Shown here one piece after another: positions 13,130-27,593 of a stretch of DNA of 64,000 bases. A model generated the notes under the pieces. That model did no database searches. It was not told where the DNA came from and saw nothing but the letters and a program-made list of their open reading frames with translations. Made by a program: the position numbers and the translations under genes. Positions within the stretch are counted from its first letter, which is position 1; every line of letters begins with the position of its first letter. The DNA lies in NCBI RefSeq assembly GCF_006345805.1, contig NC_042998.1, forward strand, positions 199,950,001 through 200,014,000, read 5' to 3'. This DNA is from Octopus sinensis (lineage: Eukaryota).

Positions 13130-13400
13130 ACAGAATGTAGTCAATTAGTCTCTTGTCAAGAGATGGTATGCCGCTTGTTCTCTTCTGTAAATGGTTGGTG
13201 CACCTCTCCAGCTGGATCAGGGTAGTACTTCCTGCAAAAGAAATGTCTGGAAGACCAACACCTAGAAAAAGCATTCGAAGAGATAGGCACGGCTGCAGAG
13301 CCAAGCTGAAGGTGGTTATGGTTGACAAGAGACTAAAACATGAACCTTTCTCCAGCTGAGAGTTAGTTCAAAGATCGCTGTAACACTCGGGCGAATCGTA
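13130..13400 (+). mobile_element. Possible degenerate non-LTR retrotransposon (L1/Tx1-like) ORF2 fragment
   Basis: More GC-rich coding-like stretch (GMPLVLFCKWLVHLSSWIR..PRKS..HGCRAKLK) loosely resembling post-RT regions; weak. Confidence 0.2.
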
Positions 13401-13728
13401 CATGCTAAGAAGCAAAATGGTCGTGTCCTGCAGATACCTATTGATGATAGGGAAGAGTTCCTAGCACTGCGTTGGATGCAGAAGATTTTTGCACAACCCC
13501 TAACTTGCTCCTGCAGTTTCAAAGCGACTCTGATATTTATTTCACACACTTACACACACACACGTCCAAACTCACACACATGTTTCCGTCATGTCGGAGG
13601 CGTATGTTTGGAGTAATCATATATTTGTAAAATGCAAATAATTTTGGTTCCAAATTGTGAACCCCGAAATTTCAATATTGCCGACTCGATATGACTTATG
13701 AAATTATAGTAAATTATGAACTTACTAT

Positions 13729-13898
13729 AGGCGCAGGAGTGGCTGTGTAGTAAGTAGTTTGCTTACCGACCACAAGGTTCCGGGCTCAGTCCCACTGCGT
13801 GGCAACTTGGACAAGTGTCTTCTACTGTAGCCTCGGGCCGACAAAAGCTAGTGAGTGGATTTGGTAGACGGAAACTGAAAGAAGCCCGTCGTATATGT

Positions 13899-13937
<39 letters not shown>

Positions 13938-13938
13938 G

Positions 13939-13969
<31 letters not shown>

Positions 13970-13985
13970 TGTGTGTTTGTATGCT
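13729..13985 (+). mobile_element. SINE family A, 5' half ending in the TA/TG tract
   Basis: AGGCGCAGGAGTGGCTGTG head through GAAAGAAGCCCGTCG. Confidence 0.88.
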
Positions 13986-15740
13986 TGTGCATATGAATAT
14001 TCTGCTTTCTGTTACTTAGCACAACATACGTTTAAACGTAATCCATCGATCCCACTTTTCTCTCCAATCTAACCATTTATATTTCCATAGAATTTAAAAT
14101 ATACTCTAGACCGGCATTATGCCTTAAAAAGAAACAGAATAATTTCCTCCATTTGAAATAAAACAACAAAACATTATTTAAATTCACAAGAAACGGGATT
14201 GTTGGACACATTATGTATGTATTCATGCATCACATTTTTTCTTTCGTTTTAGGTATAAATGCACGTAATTAAAATATCAATGTTTCTACAAATATAGGTC
14301 GTGTTGTGATGTCGTGTAATTTATTGATAAGCAGCAGGTTTAATCCGGTGCAGGTCACAATTCGGAGCGCATTATTTATCTCAACATGTCAGAATATATT
14401 TACGATAATTTAATCTAATTTTAAATCCATTGCCCTTGAGCACATAACCATTACCAGCTGTTAAATTAATGTTGAGTATATTTATTTAATTATGCTCGGC
14501 ATTTTAAACGGATTTTATTACAGAGCTTTGGATGAAATACTGAATAACCGGGTTTATCAATTGTGATCTGTTGCAGAATGATATTTAAGTGTATGTAGTC
14601 TGTCTACGCATTTTGTTTGGAAATATAAATGTTGATTTTTATGATTCAGTTTATTTCTTAACATCACAATTGGAACATTTGTGTTTCCATTTCAAAAGCA
14701 AACATGTTCATATTTCTGTTTAAATATTTTGAGATACACCTGTACGTAAATGCAAACAGGTGAACCTTAGTTAGTTACAATTATCAAGAATATTTCTTGC
14801 TTGTTTAAACTTCTCCTAATGTGCTCAAATTGTTAAGAACAGATATCATAGCTTATTGAAGTACTCTCAACAATAAGAATTCTTGAATTGTGAAATTATA
14901 TATGAAACAGTGATTTAATTGAGCTATTTAATGATTTATTTCACTTCACATTCATTATACTTATGCATATATTTATGCCTTATATATAATTTGTTAAACA
15001 TATTTGATAATTATATTTAATGGATTTATTTTCAGTATATTTAAGATACTTCACAAGTGAAAAAATCGCTGAAATTCTTTGTCATATTTCACAGATCGCT
15101 TACGTATTTATCGCTGTTGATGAATTAATAATTTGTAAAAATATATTATTTTTAGTTTTGTGCTGAAGATTTTAATTCATTACTGAATATTAAAAAAAAA
15201 AATTCTCTTGTGAAAAGAATAATGTTGATTATATTCGCTTTTACTTTTCTTTTGTAATGTTGTGTTAAGATGTATGCATATGCTGTATAGTTTGGCACTT
15301 ATCCTTGTTTTATGATTTTTTTTTATTAAGCACATATCTCAACATGTATATTTTGTAATGTCTGTTTTATATATTGAATACATATTCAAATATACTAATA
15401 GATAGTTAATGGAATGCCGTGTGTATAATATAGATATATTCTCGGAGATGGAGAGGGACAGAGAGAAAGATAGAGAGAGAGAGTGAGAGAAAAAAAAGGA
15501 AAAAAGTGAGAGAAAACACTTAGTTGTGTATAAAGACAGAAAGGAGAAACCGGAAGTTTTAATAATGTTAGGATTTCATAAGCAACTGGGTGTCTGTTTT
15601 AGCTGTCTATTAAATAATGCTTATAAATGTATTATTAATCAGAACCTTATTAAATATATTCGATGTGCATGTGGAATGTTGGCTAAAAATTTCAAGTTAT
15701 ATTTATATTATGTAGCAAAGTACACTTATATGACATAATA

Positions 15741-16073
15741 GGTATATAGGAGCACTCCGTCGGTTACGACGACGAGGGTCCCAGCTGATACGATCAACGG
15801 AGCAGCTTGCTCGTGGAATTAACGTGCAAGTGACTGAGCAATCCACATACACGTGTAGCCCTAACGTAGTTCTCAGGGAGATTCAACGTGACACAGAGTG
15901 TGACAAGGCCGGCCCTTTGAAATACAGGTACAACTCATTTTTGCCAGCTGAGTGGACTGGAGCAACGTGAAATAAAGTGTCTTGCCCAAGGACACCACGC
16001 ATCGCCGGGAATCGAACTCACGACCTTACAATCGTCAGTCGAATGCCCTAACCACGAAGCCACGCGCCTTCAC
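15741..16073 (-). mobile_element. SINE family D (tRNA head, CORE-like domain, family B tail) with 13-bp TSD
   Basis: Minus-strand head GTGAAGGCGCGTGGCTTCGTGGTTAGGG, GAGTTCGATTCCC B box and GTCCTTGGGCAAGACAC. TSD ATATGACATAATA at 15728-15740 and 16074-16086. Confidence 0.9.
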
Positions 16074-16685
16074 ATATGACATAATACAGCAGTTAGCGAA
16101 CCGGCAATCTATTAATCGAAGTGGCTGCCAAGGATGCTTACGCACAAGAATCCATCTAAGACGTTTCAAGGCGTTCAGTTAAAATTCAAATATCAACGCA
16201 GATCAGAAACTAACCGCGGTTGTTGTCCTGGGTTGTGAAATTAATCACTCAATTAGCCAGGTGTAGGCTGAGTTACAATTTAGTAAATTTCGGGTTTGGT
16301 GGTGAAAAAAGAAGCGATTATAAGAGAGTATCTGAGCGTCATTCAGGGACACATGAAGAGGACAAATCTTGCTGATTTTGGAAATTGAGAATTACTAAAC
16401 TTCAGTTCAAGCACCGCCGGAATTAGTAATAGACATATGTGGATCCAAGAGAAATACTGAACACTGAATTCAACGGGGGCTATGTCTTCAAACACGAATG
16501 GAATGATAAAAAATGTATTCGACAAGCGAAAGCTATGCGATTTAAACGTTATTGGTTCGAAGCGTTTAGACTAAAGTAGATGAAAAAGATGCATTTAAAG
16601 GAGAGAGGTGGGGGACTCCCTTTGAAGAAGAAATTCCTTCTTATTGTCATCTAGCTGAGAGTGGTGGGCATCAGGTAGGATAGAA

Positions 16686-16727
<42 letters not shown>

Positions 16728-17719
16728 ATTGGCATAACTTTGGGGTGGCGAAGTTTGTGTGCAAACTAGACGGTAGATTTGGACGATAGATAAGTTTGAG
16801 AAATTTTTGATTTAAAGTCGAATAGAATTTATGTTTTGGATACTTTTATGTTATGTTTAAAGTATAGAGTTCAATAAAAAGGTACGGGTTTTAAAGGTAG
16901 AATAGCTATAATTTACTATTAGAAAAAGCTTGTATTTTTAACCTGATTATGTTGGTGTATCCTGGCGTCATGTTAGCATTCTATTGGTAGGTTGGTCCCT
17001 GGCTTGTGTCAGAGTTAACTTTACCGAAGAAACTCATACTACAGATAGAGAAGACTTCGTAATGTCTTCTCTCACCACCACAAGAGAGGCAACGCCTCAT
17101 ATATAACAATAGAGCATTAGATAAATTTTGACCTTGAATCAAACACCTTGTATGTGTAACATTCTTCCATAAATACTGGAATTTTTCCCATGTTGAAGGT
17201 GATAATTTCTGCCAAAGCAACACAGTTACAATGCTAGATAACAGCAACTGCGAAGAGTTTCATGTTGACCTTGCGAAACATTTTGAATATTTTTACCTTT
17301 CAAGTTAGGTACTATATTTGGAAAGTGCACGTTAGCTGTTCATATTCTTTGCCTGGAATCCTTAGTTTTTGGATATTTTCACTTAGGCATTTTCCCGCAT
17401 AAATGATGCCACTAATATGCTATCTATGATTTTATTTTTGGATGACTGAATGAACGTGCCAATGTATTCATATATGTATGAGTGTATACGATTATACATG
17501 CACAAAAAAAAAAAAAACACAATTACACAGCACGCACACACCTATAAAAATAGATGTTCTTAATCGGTTCCAACGATGCGGGTTCGCTGTTTGATCAACT
17601 GTATTCATTGCTCTTTGAATTAGCATATGTGGCCGTGAAGTCCACAACAATATGTGGCTTGAACGCAATTCTCAGGGAGGAGAATTACGTTACACAGGGT
17701 ATGACAGCGACGTATGCAT

Positions 17720-17737
17720 ATATACATACAACATACA

Positions 17738-17770
<33 letters not shown>

Positions 17771-17794
17771 GCATATATATATATATATAATATA

Positions 17795-17877
<83 letters not shown>

Positions 17878-18057
17878 TAATATATATATATATGTATGTA
17901 TATATATATATGAATTCGAAGATTAAAAATTTAAAACTGGATTTTTTAAAAATATGCTAGGCCACTGGTTTTAATTGATTAATATCAATTTCTACCCATA
18001 CTTAATTTTATACATACATACATACACACACGCACGCACACACACACACACACACAC

Positions 18058-18095
<38 letters not shown>

Positions 18096-18260
18096 AACAT
18101 AAATGTATACGTATATATGTTTATATATATATACAAGCGTGTATATATATATATAGTTATATTATATACATGTATGTGTGCAAATGTGTGTGTGTGTGAT
18201 TGTGTGTGTGAGGGAGAAAGAGTGAGAGATAGAATTTGAGCGTGTGTGTGTGTGTGTGTG
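17720..18260. repeat. Compound (CATA)n/(TA)n/(CA)n/(TG)n microsatellite cluster
   Basis: Directly visible. Confidence 0.9.
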
Positions 18261-18895
18261 CGTATGTACACGGATCCATCTATGTAAATATTTACATTTT
18301 ATGCTCGCATATATTTCAATTAATTTTGAATGGACGTCATTGGAAGACGTGGTCTAATAAGGCATTAAATACACAAATCACGCAGGTAATGTTAGTTTTG
18401 TTCATGTGAATTTTCTAATTTCTGTACAAGTCAATGCTCCATTATTAATAAAGAGCCGGAACACAGAACATTGGCAGTATTTAGATAAAATGCCAATTAA
18501 TTAAATTAAAACATCATTAATGATGGCAAAATATTGCTATTTAATCTAAATTTTTCTGTCTTCAGTAAAATGAATGTTGACATTGTAGTCTTTCGTTTCC
18601 TTCTTTTGTGGTATTTAAATTGAAACCAGAACCCTCCACGTATTTACATATTATTATATCAATAAAATGCATTTCCTATTGGCGTTGAAAAAGCAGTATT
18701 TACTGTTAGAAATCCTATTGCGCGTGACTCAAACTCACGTAAAAAAAAACTAAATAGACAAGAAACTGATATTACATTATTCCATTTATACATATACTAG
18801 CAGTTGTAAACATTCATTAACGTATGCACATACCCATACATTTAAGAGCACGCCTATAGTAACTCTTCACTCACTCACTCACTCCTCCACTCAGT

Positions 18896-19560
<665 letters not shown>

Positions 19561-20109
19561 TATCTGTTTGTCTGTCTGCCTGCCTGCTTGCCTGTCTGTC
19601 TTGCCAGATGTTTACACAAGAGAAAAAATACTTAATACATGTTTATTTGTTTATTTGCGGCCATTATTCACTTCGCCGTAAAGTGTTATATGCTGCGTGA
19701 CACACAAACAATTATACACACACACACATGTAATTTGTCGACGAAGGACGAAGAGAATACTTGATGCGAAATGAAATTGTTTATTTCATAGAAATTCCTT
19801 TCTTGCAGTTATGTTTCACACCATATCGATCATCCACCCAAAAGCATTTATTCATGCACATATTTCTGCGTAAAAATATGGCACCTTAAGAAGTTTATAA
19901 GCATGAAAACTTTAGTTGAGGGGACATCTTACTCGTATATTTCTATAAATATAAAATGCTCTTGAGTCATTGTATCGTGGGTATATGTTTTTATCTTATA
20001 TTTTAAATGAAATATGAGAACTACATCTGTGTGTGTGTGTGTGCTTGTATGTGCATACATATATGTGCGTGTATATATATATATATATATATATAGGGAG
20101 AAGACAGGT

Positions 20110-20250
20110 GGTGTACAAAACAGATAGATGTATTAGTATAACGCTCAGGAATAGAAAAAGTATTTTACGTTTCGAGTCTACGCTCTTCTACAGAAAGGGA
20201 CACAGAAAAAACAAGGAGAGAAAAAGTGTGTGTAGTAGCTAACGATCTAT
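20110..20250 (-). mobile_element. PLE-derived short repeat, related to 32505-32705
   Basis: Shares TTTCTG..GAAGAGC..CTCGAAACGT..TTCCTGAGCGT with the 32.6-kb element. Confidence 0.55.
20163..20196 (-). ncRNA. Degenerate minimal type I hammerhead ribozyme
   Basis: Minus strand TTT-CTGTAGA-A-GAG(cgtaga)CTC-GAAAC-GTA-AAA. Stems I and II and a GUA triplet are present, but the core reads CUGU instead of CUGA. Confidence 0.5.
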
Positions 20251-20274
20251 CATGGCGATATATATATATATCTT

Positions 20275-20312
<38 letters not shown>

Positions 20313-20746
20313 AAAACAGAAAGAAAGAAGAGAAGAAAGATAGACGGAAGGAAAAACAGTGGTAAAAAACGTGCAACGAATATATTCCAACTGACATATT
20401 TTTATACAGAGGTTCCAACTTCGCTCAACGTTTCCATGAAGTCATCTTTGTGTATCAGGTTTAAATATCTCATATTCAAATGGTAACCTCAGTTTTCGTT
20501 TCCACTCCTGTAATTACCGTATGACCGACGTCTTTGTTACGTGTACATCCCATTCGATGCGACATATTTGACAATCTACTTCTGCACATTGAGTCAGAGT
20601 ACCAGAGACCCTTTTTATACAGTACCCTATCACATGTTAGCACAAAGGAAAAACTAAAAACACAAAATAAAACGAATGTGAGTATGGGTAGAATAATGCA
20701 GCTAATATATGAATTATACTATAGGTATTTTGGTATTAAGGCTTAT

Positions 20747-21123
20747 TTTCTTTTTTTTTTTTTCTGTCATTATACTGCGGCCATGCTAGGGCACCGACTT
20801 GAAGAATTTTAGTCGCGCAAATCTTACCCCAGTACTTGCATTTTAAGCTTGGTACTGCTATAGCTTTCTTTTGCCGAACCACTACTTTACGAGGACGTAA
20901 ACACACCGATCCCGGTGTAAAGCGATGGGGCGGGACATACACACGCATATATGTATTTACGACAGGCTTATTTCAGTTTCAGTCTACCAAATCCATACGC
21001 AAGGCTTTAGTCGGCCTGAAGCTACAGTAGAAGACACTTGCCCAAGGTGCCTCGCAGTGGGATTGAACTTAGAACCGTGTGTTTCGGAAGTCAACTTCTA
21101 ACTATATAGCCACGCCTGTGCCT
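20747..21123 (-). mobile_element. SINE family A, older diverged variant
   Basis: Colinear with family A on the minus strand (GGCACCTTGGGCAAGTGTCTTCTACTG; GCATGGCCGCAG tail). Confidence 0.85.
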
Positions 21124-21550
21124 AAATGGGAAACTGTTCGATTCTTTCCTTCAGCTTTTGCTTCTGCTAGTAAGCAGACTACACAATGTGACCTGTTATA
21201 TTCGCATTTGCAAACTAAAAGTGAGTGAGTGTTTTTCGATACTCTTCTATTTCTGTAAGAAATTAGCTATTTGTTTTTTAGTGGTAAAAATGCTTACTAG
21301 TTATGTCTTACAAGAGAGAAAATCATTTATGTAAGCAACAATTACTTCATATTCGATCTAAAGACCTCTACTCGAAATATATTCAGTGTTGAGAGAACAT
21401 GTTCTAGTAATTGCATTTTCAACATCTAGAACAGATTTCTTAGAAAAAAGGTTCATATTTGATTGTTGAAAGCGATCAAAACGGAAATTTTATACATAAG
21501 TGTTAAATCACCCAATTTCGAAAGACTGATTCACTTATGTATAGACGGCA

Positions 21551-21641
<91 letters not shown>

Positions 21642-22674
21642 AGTATATATGGACGTCGAGAGTGAGGCAAGAACGATATAATACTGGTCTACTAGGCTTG
21701 AAAATATGATAGTAGATTTTTCTCTTCTCACTATAAGATATCATTCCATAATACAATTGCAATACTAGTAATTTTACAATATTTGATAATTTTCGATATT
21801 TCTGGTCACGAAATTATCTAGAATGATGTTAAAACATATCCGACCTTGATATCAGCTACCGGCTTCCCCGGAAATAGTGATATTATCATACTGTATCCCA
21901 TGAACAGGCTGAAAAATCTCACGGCCCGTCCAAACAACGTCTGAGTATGATTCACACATAACATTTCTAAGCAAAAGGTCAACAATACCTACACTAACTA
22001 ACGGACTGGAAGTGAAGAGAACGGCAACTTACAGGCTGGCAATGTGCTTCTCAAGAAGTATTCGCTATTCGATTATGTTCTATAAGGCTCCAGAATTGCC
22101 AAACAATCATATCTCAAAGAGACTCTGGTGGAAAATCATTGTGCTTAACATAACAAATAACATAGATTGATATTTTTTTTCCCATAAACTACAGGACATT
22201 GATAATATTATCGTGGTTTTTCGCCTCCCTTGGACTCGTAATTGTTACACACCATCACATTTGAAGTATATTTCTTTTGTTATCCATGCTGAGGAGATAC
22301 AAGCGAAATGTTTAGCGACTATATGAGACTGCGAAGTCCTTATCAATACGAATATGGCGATTTTATCATATTTTGTGTGGAAAATACTTAATACACGATA
22401 GACAGCTGCTAATAAAATGCCATTCAGTTATAAACTTTCAATGGAGTGTAATGTTAAACCAAGAAAACTTGTCAAGAAATATTCAGCTTACACAAATATA
22501 TAAAATGCTTCTGGTGTAAAGTAGATGGGTACGTTTCAACAGAGCTGATATTGGTGGAACCTTCTAACAAAATTCCACAAATGACAGGCATATTTGTTTT
22601 GTTATAATTATCTGGGATAGACGTGATAACATATACAGTGACTACGAAAGGTTGATAGAGAGACAAAGAGAGAG

Positions 22675-22706
<32 letters not shown>

Positions 22707-23572
22707 AAGAGAGAGAGTCGGTGACTTTTGTTTTCTTCTAAGTCATGTTTTCGCTCTTTTTGGCCAGTAGACATGTAAATTTAATGGTATATCCAACAAC
22801 TAATTATGATTTCCCTTTGATTATATGCACCAAGGAAAACGATTGCGAAAAATATATTGATCAATTTTAAATCTGGAAAGCCATCGGCTAGTGTCAGTGT
22901 GTCAAGTCCAGACGGGGAAAGCTCAACGTTTTGACATTAATCTTAAAAATAAACATCAGAATCAAAAGACAGAATGACGAAGGCCATTATCCAGTGACGA
23001 AGAGATCTGGGAAATAGCAGAAAGTTTCTGAGAGGACAAAGAGAGCAGTTAATAGGATAGTTATCAAACATCGATGCCAAGTTTGCAAATTCTAAAGATA
23101 TATTGCCATACTGCATAAAAAGGAGTAATGAAAGAGCTTGGGAACGACGGAAGAGTAACAATAAGACCGAAATATGTCAATTAGTTTAAATAGATCTTCA
23201 GAAGGAGATTTCGAGAACAATAATAAATTCAACGAAAGAATAATTGACCGCTATTTCACTGCAAGTGAGATATGTGTGTGTGTGTGTGTGTGTGACGCAA
23301 CAAAATAGAAAATGACAGCCGGATTCTTAGCAAAGGAGATTTAAATATGGGGTAATTGGATTTAATGATTGAGGCAAATGTGAGAGACATTCACATGAAA
23401 AATAGTTTTGTGGAAACCCATTTAAATGCCCCATAAATTCTGCCAAATACTGGCAACACCTCCATTAATAATGAGTTCTATTATAGGAACAGATTAGCAG
23501 AAGACCCATTCTCAAGAAGATGGGGCCAGTGTCATACAAGTACTACTATCACTATCTCGGAATAGAACTCAC

Positions 23573-23768
23573 GGTGAGCTGGCAGAATCGTTAGCACGTA
23601 TAGCTTAGCGGTATTTCGTCTGCCGTTACATTCGACTTTGCCTTTCATCCTTTCGGGGTCGATAAATTAAGTACTAGTTACGCACTGGGGTCGATATAAT
23701 CGACTTAATCCGTCTGTCCTTGTTTTTCTCCTCTCTGTTTAGCCCCTTCTGGGTAGTAAAGAAATAGG
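23573..23768 (+). mobile_element. SINE family C with two internal deletions
   Basis: GGTGAGCTGGCAGAATCGTTAGCAC head, GCGGTATTTCGTCTGCCGTTAC, tail GTAGTAAAGAAATAGG; the B-box segment is deleted. Confidence 0.88.
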
Positions 23769-25773
23769 AATCTCTGAAAGGATTACCCCAAATGACCCGG
23801 TGTTAATCTTATTAAACAAATATGGAAGCATCTTAAGAAGAAATAACCTGTAAACTCCTCAAAAATTGAAGGAAGTAATGAGTGAAGGCAGTATTGGGAG
23901 GAGTGACAAACGTGTATGAACTTGTCATCAACAATTTGATCGAATCCATAACGAATCCGGAGTGATCCAAGAAATTAGTTAAGAGAGACTCTAATATTAT
24001 ATTAATTATTGATATAGTTTTCTTGAAGTTAGATTATTTAAATTCACGTTGTATTTTATTTCCCTGATAAAAACGTCGGTGGTTACCGTTATAATAGAAT
24101 TTAGCCGCCCCGCAAATGTGTTGTTTTCAACGTCAGTCAGAACTGACTTTTAACTGAATGCCACAACAGAATCTGACAATCTGAATTTAATTCTATGATT
24201 GTTATTTTTGGTGCAATAGCCTTCGAAAGGCTTGACATTTAAAGGAAAGAAATTAACCAGATTATTATCTCTTGGCTAATACTGCCGGTTCGCAGAAGAT
24301 TAAAAAAATCTGCAACACTTTTCTAAAGAGCGAGCTGACAGTCTTTATAAGCTTCTAATTTAGTTGTAAAGTATATATTACCCTGCATATTTTAGTGCAT
24401 CAATTCGCTATACACATGTCAGAAACAAGTGTTAAATGCAAGATAAAGAATACAGGATAGAAATATGAGATAACAAAGGAAATGTAAACTAGAAATGTGG
24501 AAACCATTACAGAGCCCTAGTAAAAGACATTACATTTCTTCCGATATGGCATTAGAATGTCGCAAAACACCGAATGCCGTATAATCTGTGAAAATAATTG
24601 CCATCACAAACACAGTGGAATAACAATAAATATAGAATGTATTTTGCAGTTTATAAAGAAAGACTACTGCTGCAAAATCTTACTGTGTTGTATAGAGAAA
24701 AACCCACCTCATATTGTTCTATTGATTTGGGTACAGAACTCGTGCAGTGTTGTAGAGACTACCTGCCCGAGAAATTTGAATGCCATATTTAAAATTTTAA
24801 AGACTTTCTATAATCTATGCAAATACTATTGCTTTTGCACTATGGCTTTAAATTCTTATAATTATCCACCTCCATTGGTACATTGGTTTATGCAACAAAA
24901 GATTCTTGTAGAAACATGGAACTGTTGGCGTCCTTAACAGAAGAACAGAACAGCCTGATGCGCATCTTCAATATATTAATATTGATCAGTAAAGATTTGT
25001 AAAGTACTTCAAAGAATCCTCATTTGCTTCAACTGGAAAAACCACCCACTCTGCCCACTCATATATACATGCACACGCAATCACGCACTTACACACAGAT
25101 GCATAGAGTTATAAGCACCCCAACTCAAAATGCAAACACACTATCACATTTAAGTACACGAAGATTCACTTTATTCACAAAAGAAAGCTACTGTCTTAAT
25201 TCATATAAGCAAGGCTTGTCAAATTCTTAGCAACTGGTTTTGTATTCTAAATAAGAAGAAAGTGAATAAGAAAGTGCATGCATAGCTGTACATGTGAATA
25301 TGTTGTCAATGAAATGTATGTAACCATCGATTACAATTGCATGCATACATTACACATACGCACGTATACGCATACATACGGACATAATAACATATTATCC
25401 GATGTCGAAGATCGAGAAATTTCACACACTCGCGCGAACATAGGGATATTTTGGTATGTCAGTGTGCGTGTGTGTAAAAGCGCCTACGTACAATTATCCA
25501 TTTGAACGTTCGTGGGTGTTTCTGAGAGAGAATACCCAATTATGTTGCATATGCAGAGAAATGCACACACACACACGCACACACACACACACACAAACTC
25601 ACACACATACACGCGGTTAGACACACACATTCAGATGTATGCATGTATTTATATATAATGCAATCTGTACATCCATCCATCTCTCTGTAATTATAAATAA
25701 TATATATATATATATATATATATATGTATTTCATACATGTATATATTTGTACACACAGGCAAATACACACACG

Positions 25774-25810
<37 letters not shown>

Positions 25811-26589
25811 ACAGATGCACACATATTATGATATAGTGTGAGATAATATGATATATGATATGATATCATATCAGGTGTTTATATTCAAAAGGATGGAGAG
25901 CTGATACTACAATGTTTTACTTTAATTTTCAAACGTCATGAAAATTTCCTTGGTCTCTGCTGGCTACGCCAAATTTTACTTCTCAAATAGCATCGCACAA
26001 TGAAACAGATGATGACTTTCTACAAGTTCTGAATACCAAACAATTAAAGTACAACCTACCACCAGCTAGCGCAAGAGATGAAGTAATAGTTTGTAGATAA
26101 AACGTGGGGATCACCATTAACTAGTTGCATTTGAAGACACTGTTTTTGCAACGTATAGACACATCTAAGGATTAATACTCCCAAGAACGAAGACACCTCA
26201 GAAATTCAAATGTCAATGATAAATGAATAATATCTGGTAGATGAGTGGGATTATCAAAAAAGAAATGAAGCGTACACCAAAATCCTAGAATCAAGGACTA
26301 GAGAATCTTTGGAAAAGCCGGTAAGCAATGCTTACTAGTTACGTCTAACAACAGAGAAAATCCTTTATGTAAGCATAGCGGAATCAGCGAAAATATGAGA
26401 AATTGAAAATATAACCCCAAATCAAGTCTTCAGAAACACATCACTGTTTACCAGGAAACTAACTGAATGACTAAAGTCTAGGATAATCAGAGAAGACAAA
26501 GAAACTCTTCAGCATCTTTAAAAAGCTTGGTCTCCGTTTCTCTCGTAGAAAGGTGTTACTTGTGACCCAGGATCTTGCATGGTCAGCAG

Positions 26590-27522
26590 TGCCAGAAAAA
26601 AATGTTCAACGACAAACCACCAACACTGAGTATAGTTAGAAAGTGGTTCATGAAGCTGGAAACAAATCATAGCCAGGACCAAACGGAATGTTTTTCCTGA
26701 TGGATAAGAAATGCTCCAATATTCTCGTGTGACATCAACAAACCTGCTAAGGTAAGTGTATAGTAGCTGACAGAGTATATATCAGAGACGGACAGAGATT
26801 ATGTAGCACCAATCAGTTCAAAATAATACCACATCAGAACAGTGATGGGGGAATCTTCTCTGTCATGGTTGCATGACTGCAAGGTTTAATAAACACCTCA
26901 CAACTAATAAATAGTTGTATATACCCGTCGATAACGGATGTATCCAAGGAATATTTGGATGCAAAAACTACAAATCTAGGATTTAGGGTGCAATACAGAG
27001 GGTAAATAAAAGCGACATCAATATCATATGGATATATCTGTCACATTTCTATAAATCAGAACCGCACAGGAGAGTTCAACTACATCTCGTGATGTATATT
27101 TCCCGAAGAACATTCAAGAATCCTGAAAGGGCCTTATATAGTTTCTCAATTAGATCCTCTACAAATGATTTCACAAAAGGCTGCATCAACGTAGAACTTC
27201 AAATCTGATGAACTATTCTTAATAGCTTGGAGTGTTTTCGAAAAGTAAACTAATCGACATTCTCACAATCCATATAGCTACACTGATAGCCACGGTAGTC
27301 CACTTGAATGTGAACTGAATAAAGGCCATTTAGTACGATCATATCAACGATTCTGATCCCACTTTCAAACAGTCATCGAAGCTGAAGGTGGAATGTAATG
27401 AAATTACAACAAAGCTTATGGAGATCATGTGCACAATTTCTTATGAAAATTCATTTTGCTATTGTTAGATTACACTTGTTTATTCATTTACGAAACATGT
27501 CCTCAAATACCTCTGCACCTTG
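26590..27522 (+). mobile_element. Decayed Tc1/mariner-superfamily transposon remnant
   Basis: FNDKPPTLSIVRKWFMKL (~26604) resembles an N-terminal HTH. RF*SHFQTVIEAEGG (~27350-27393) resembles a Tc1/maT C-terminus. The end GCACCTTG|TA looks like a right TIR plus TA. No left TIR found. Confidence 0.4.
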
Positions 27523-27537
27523 TATAGCTATATATAT

Positions 27538-27593
<56 letters not shown>

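Noticed and set aside
24557-24937. Cys-rich 126-aa ORF
   Set aside because: Cysteines follow no known spacing and arise from TGT/TGC-rich AT sequence; no splice support.
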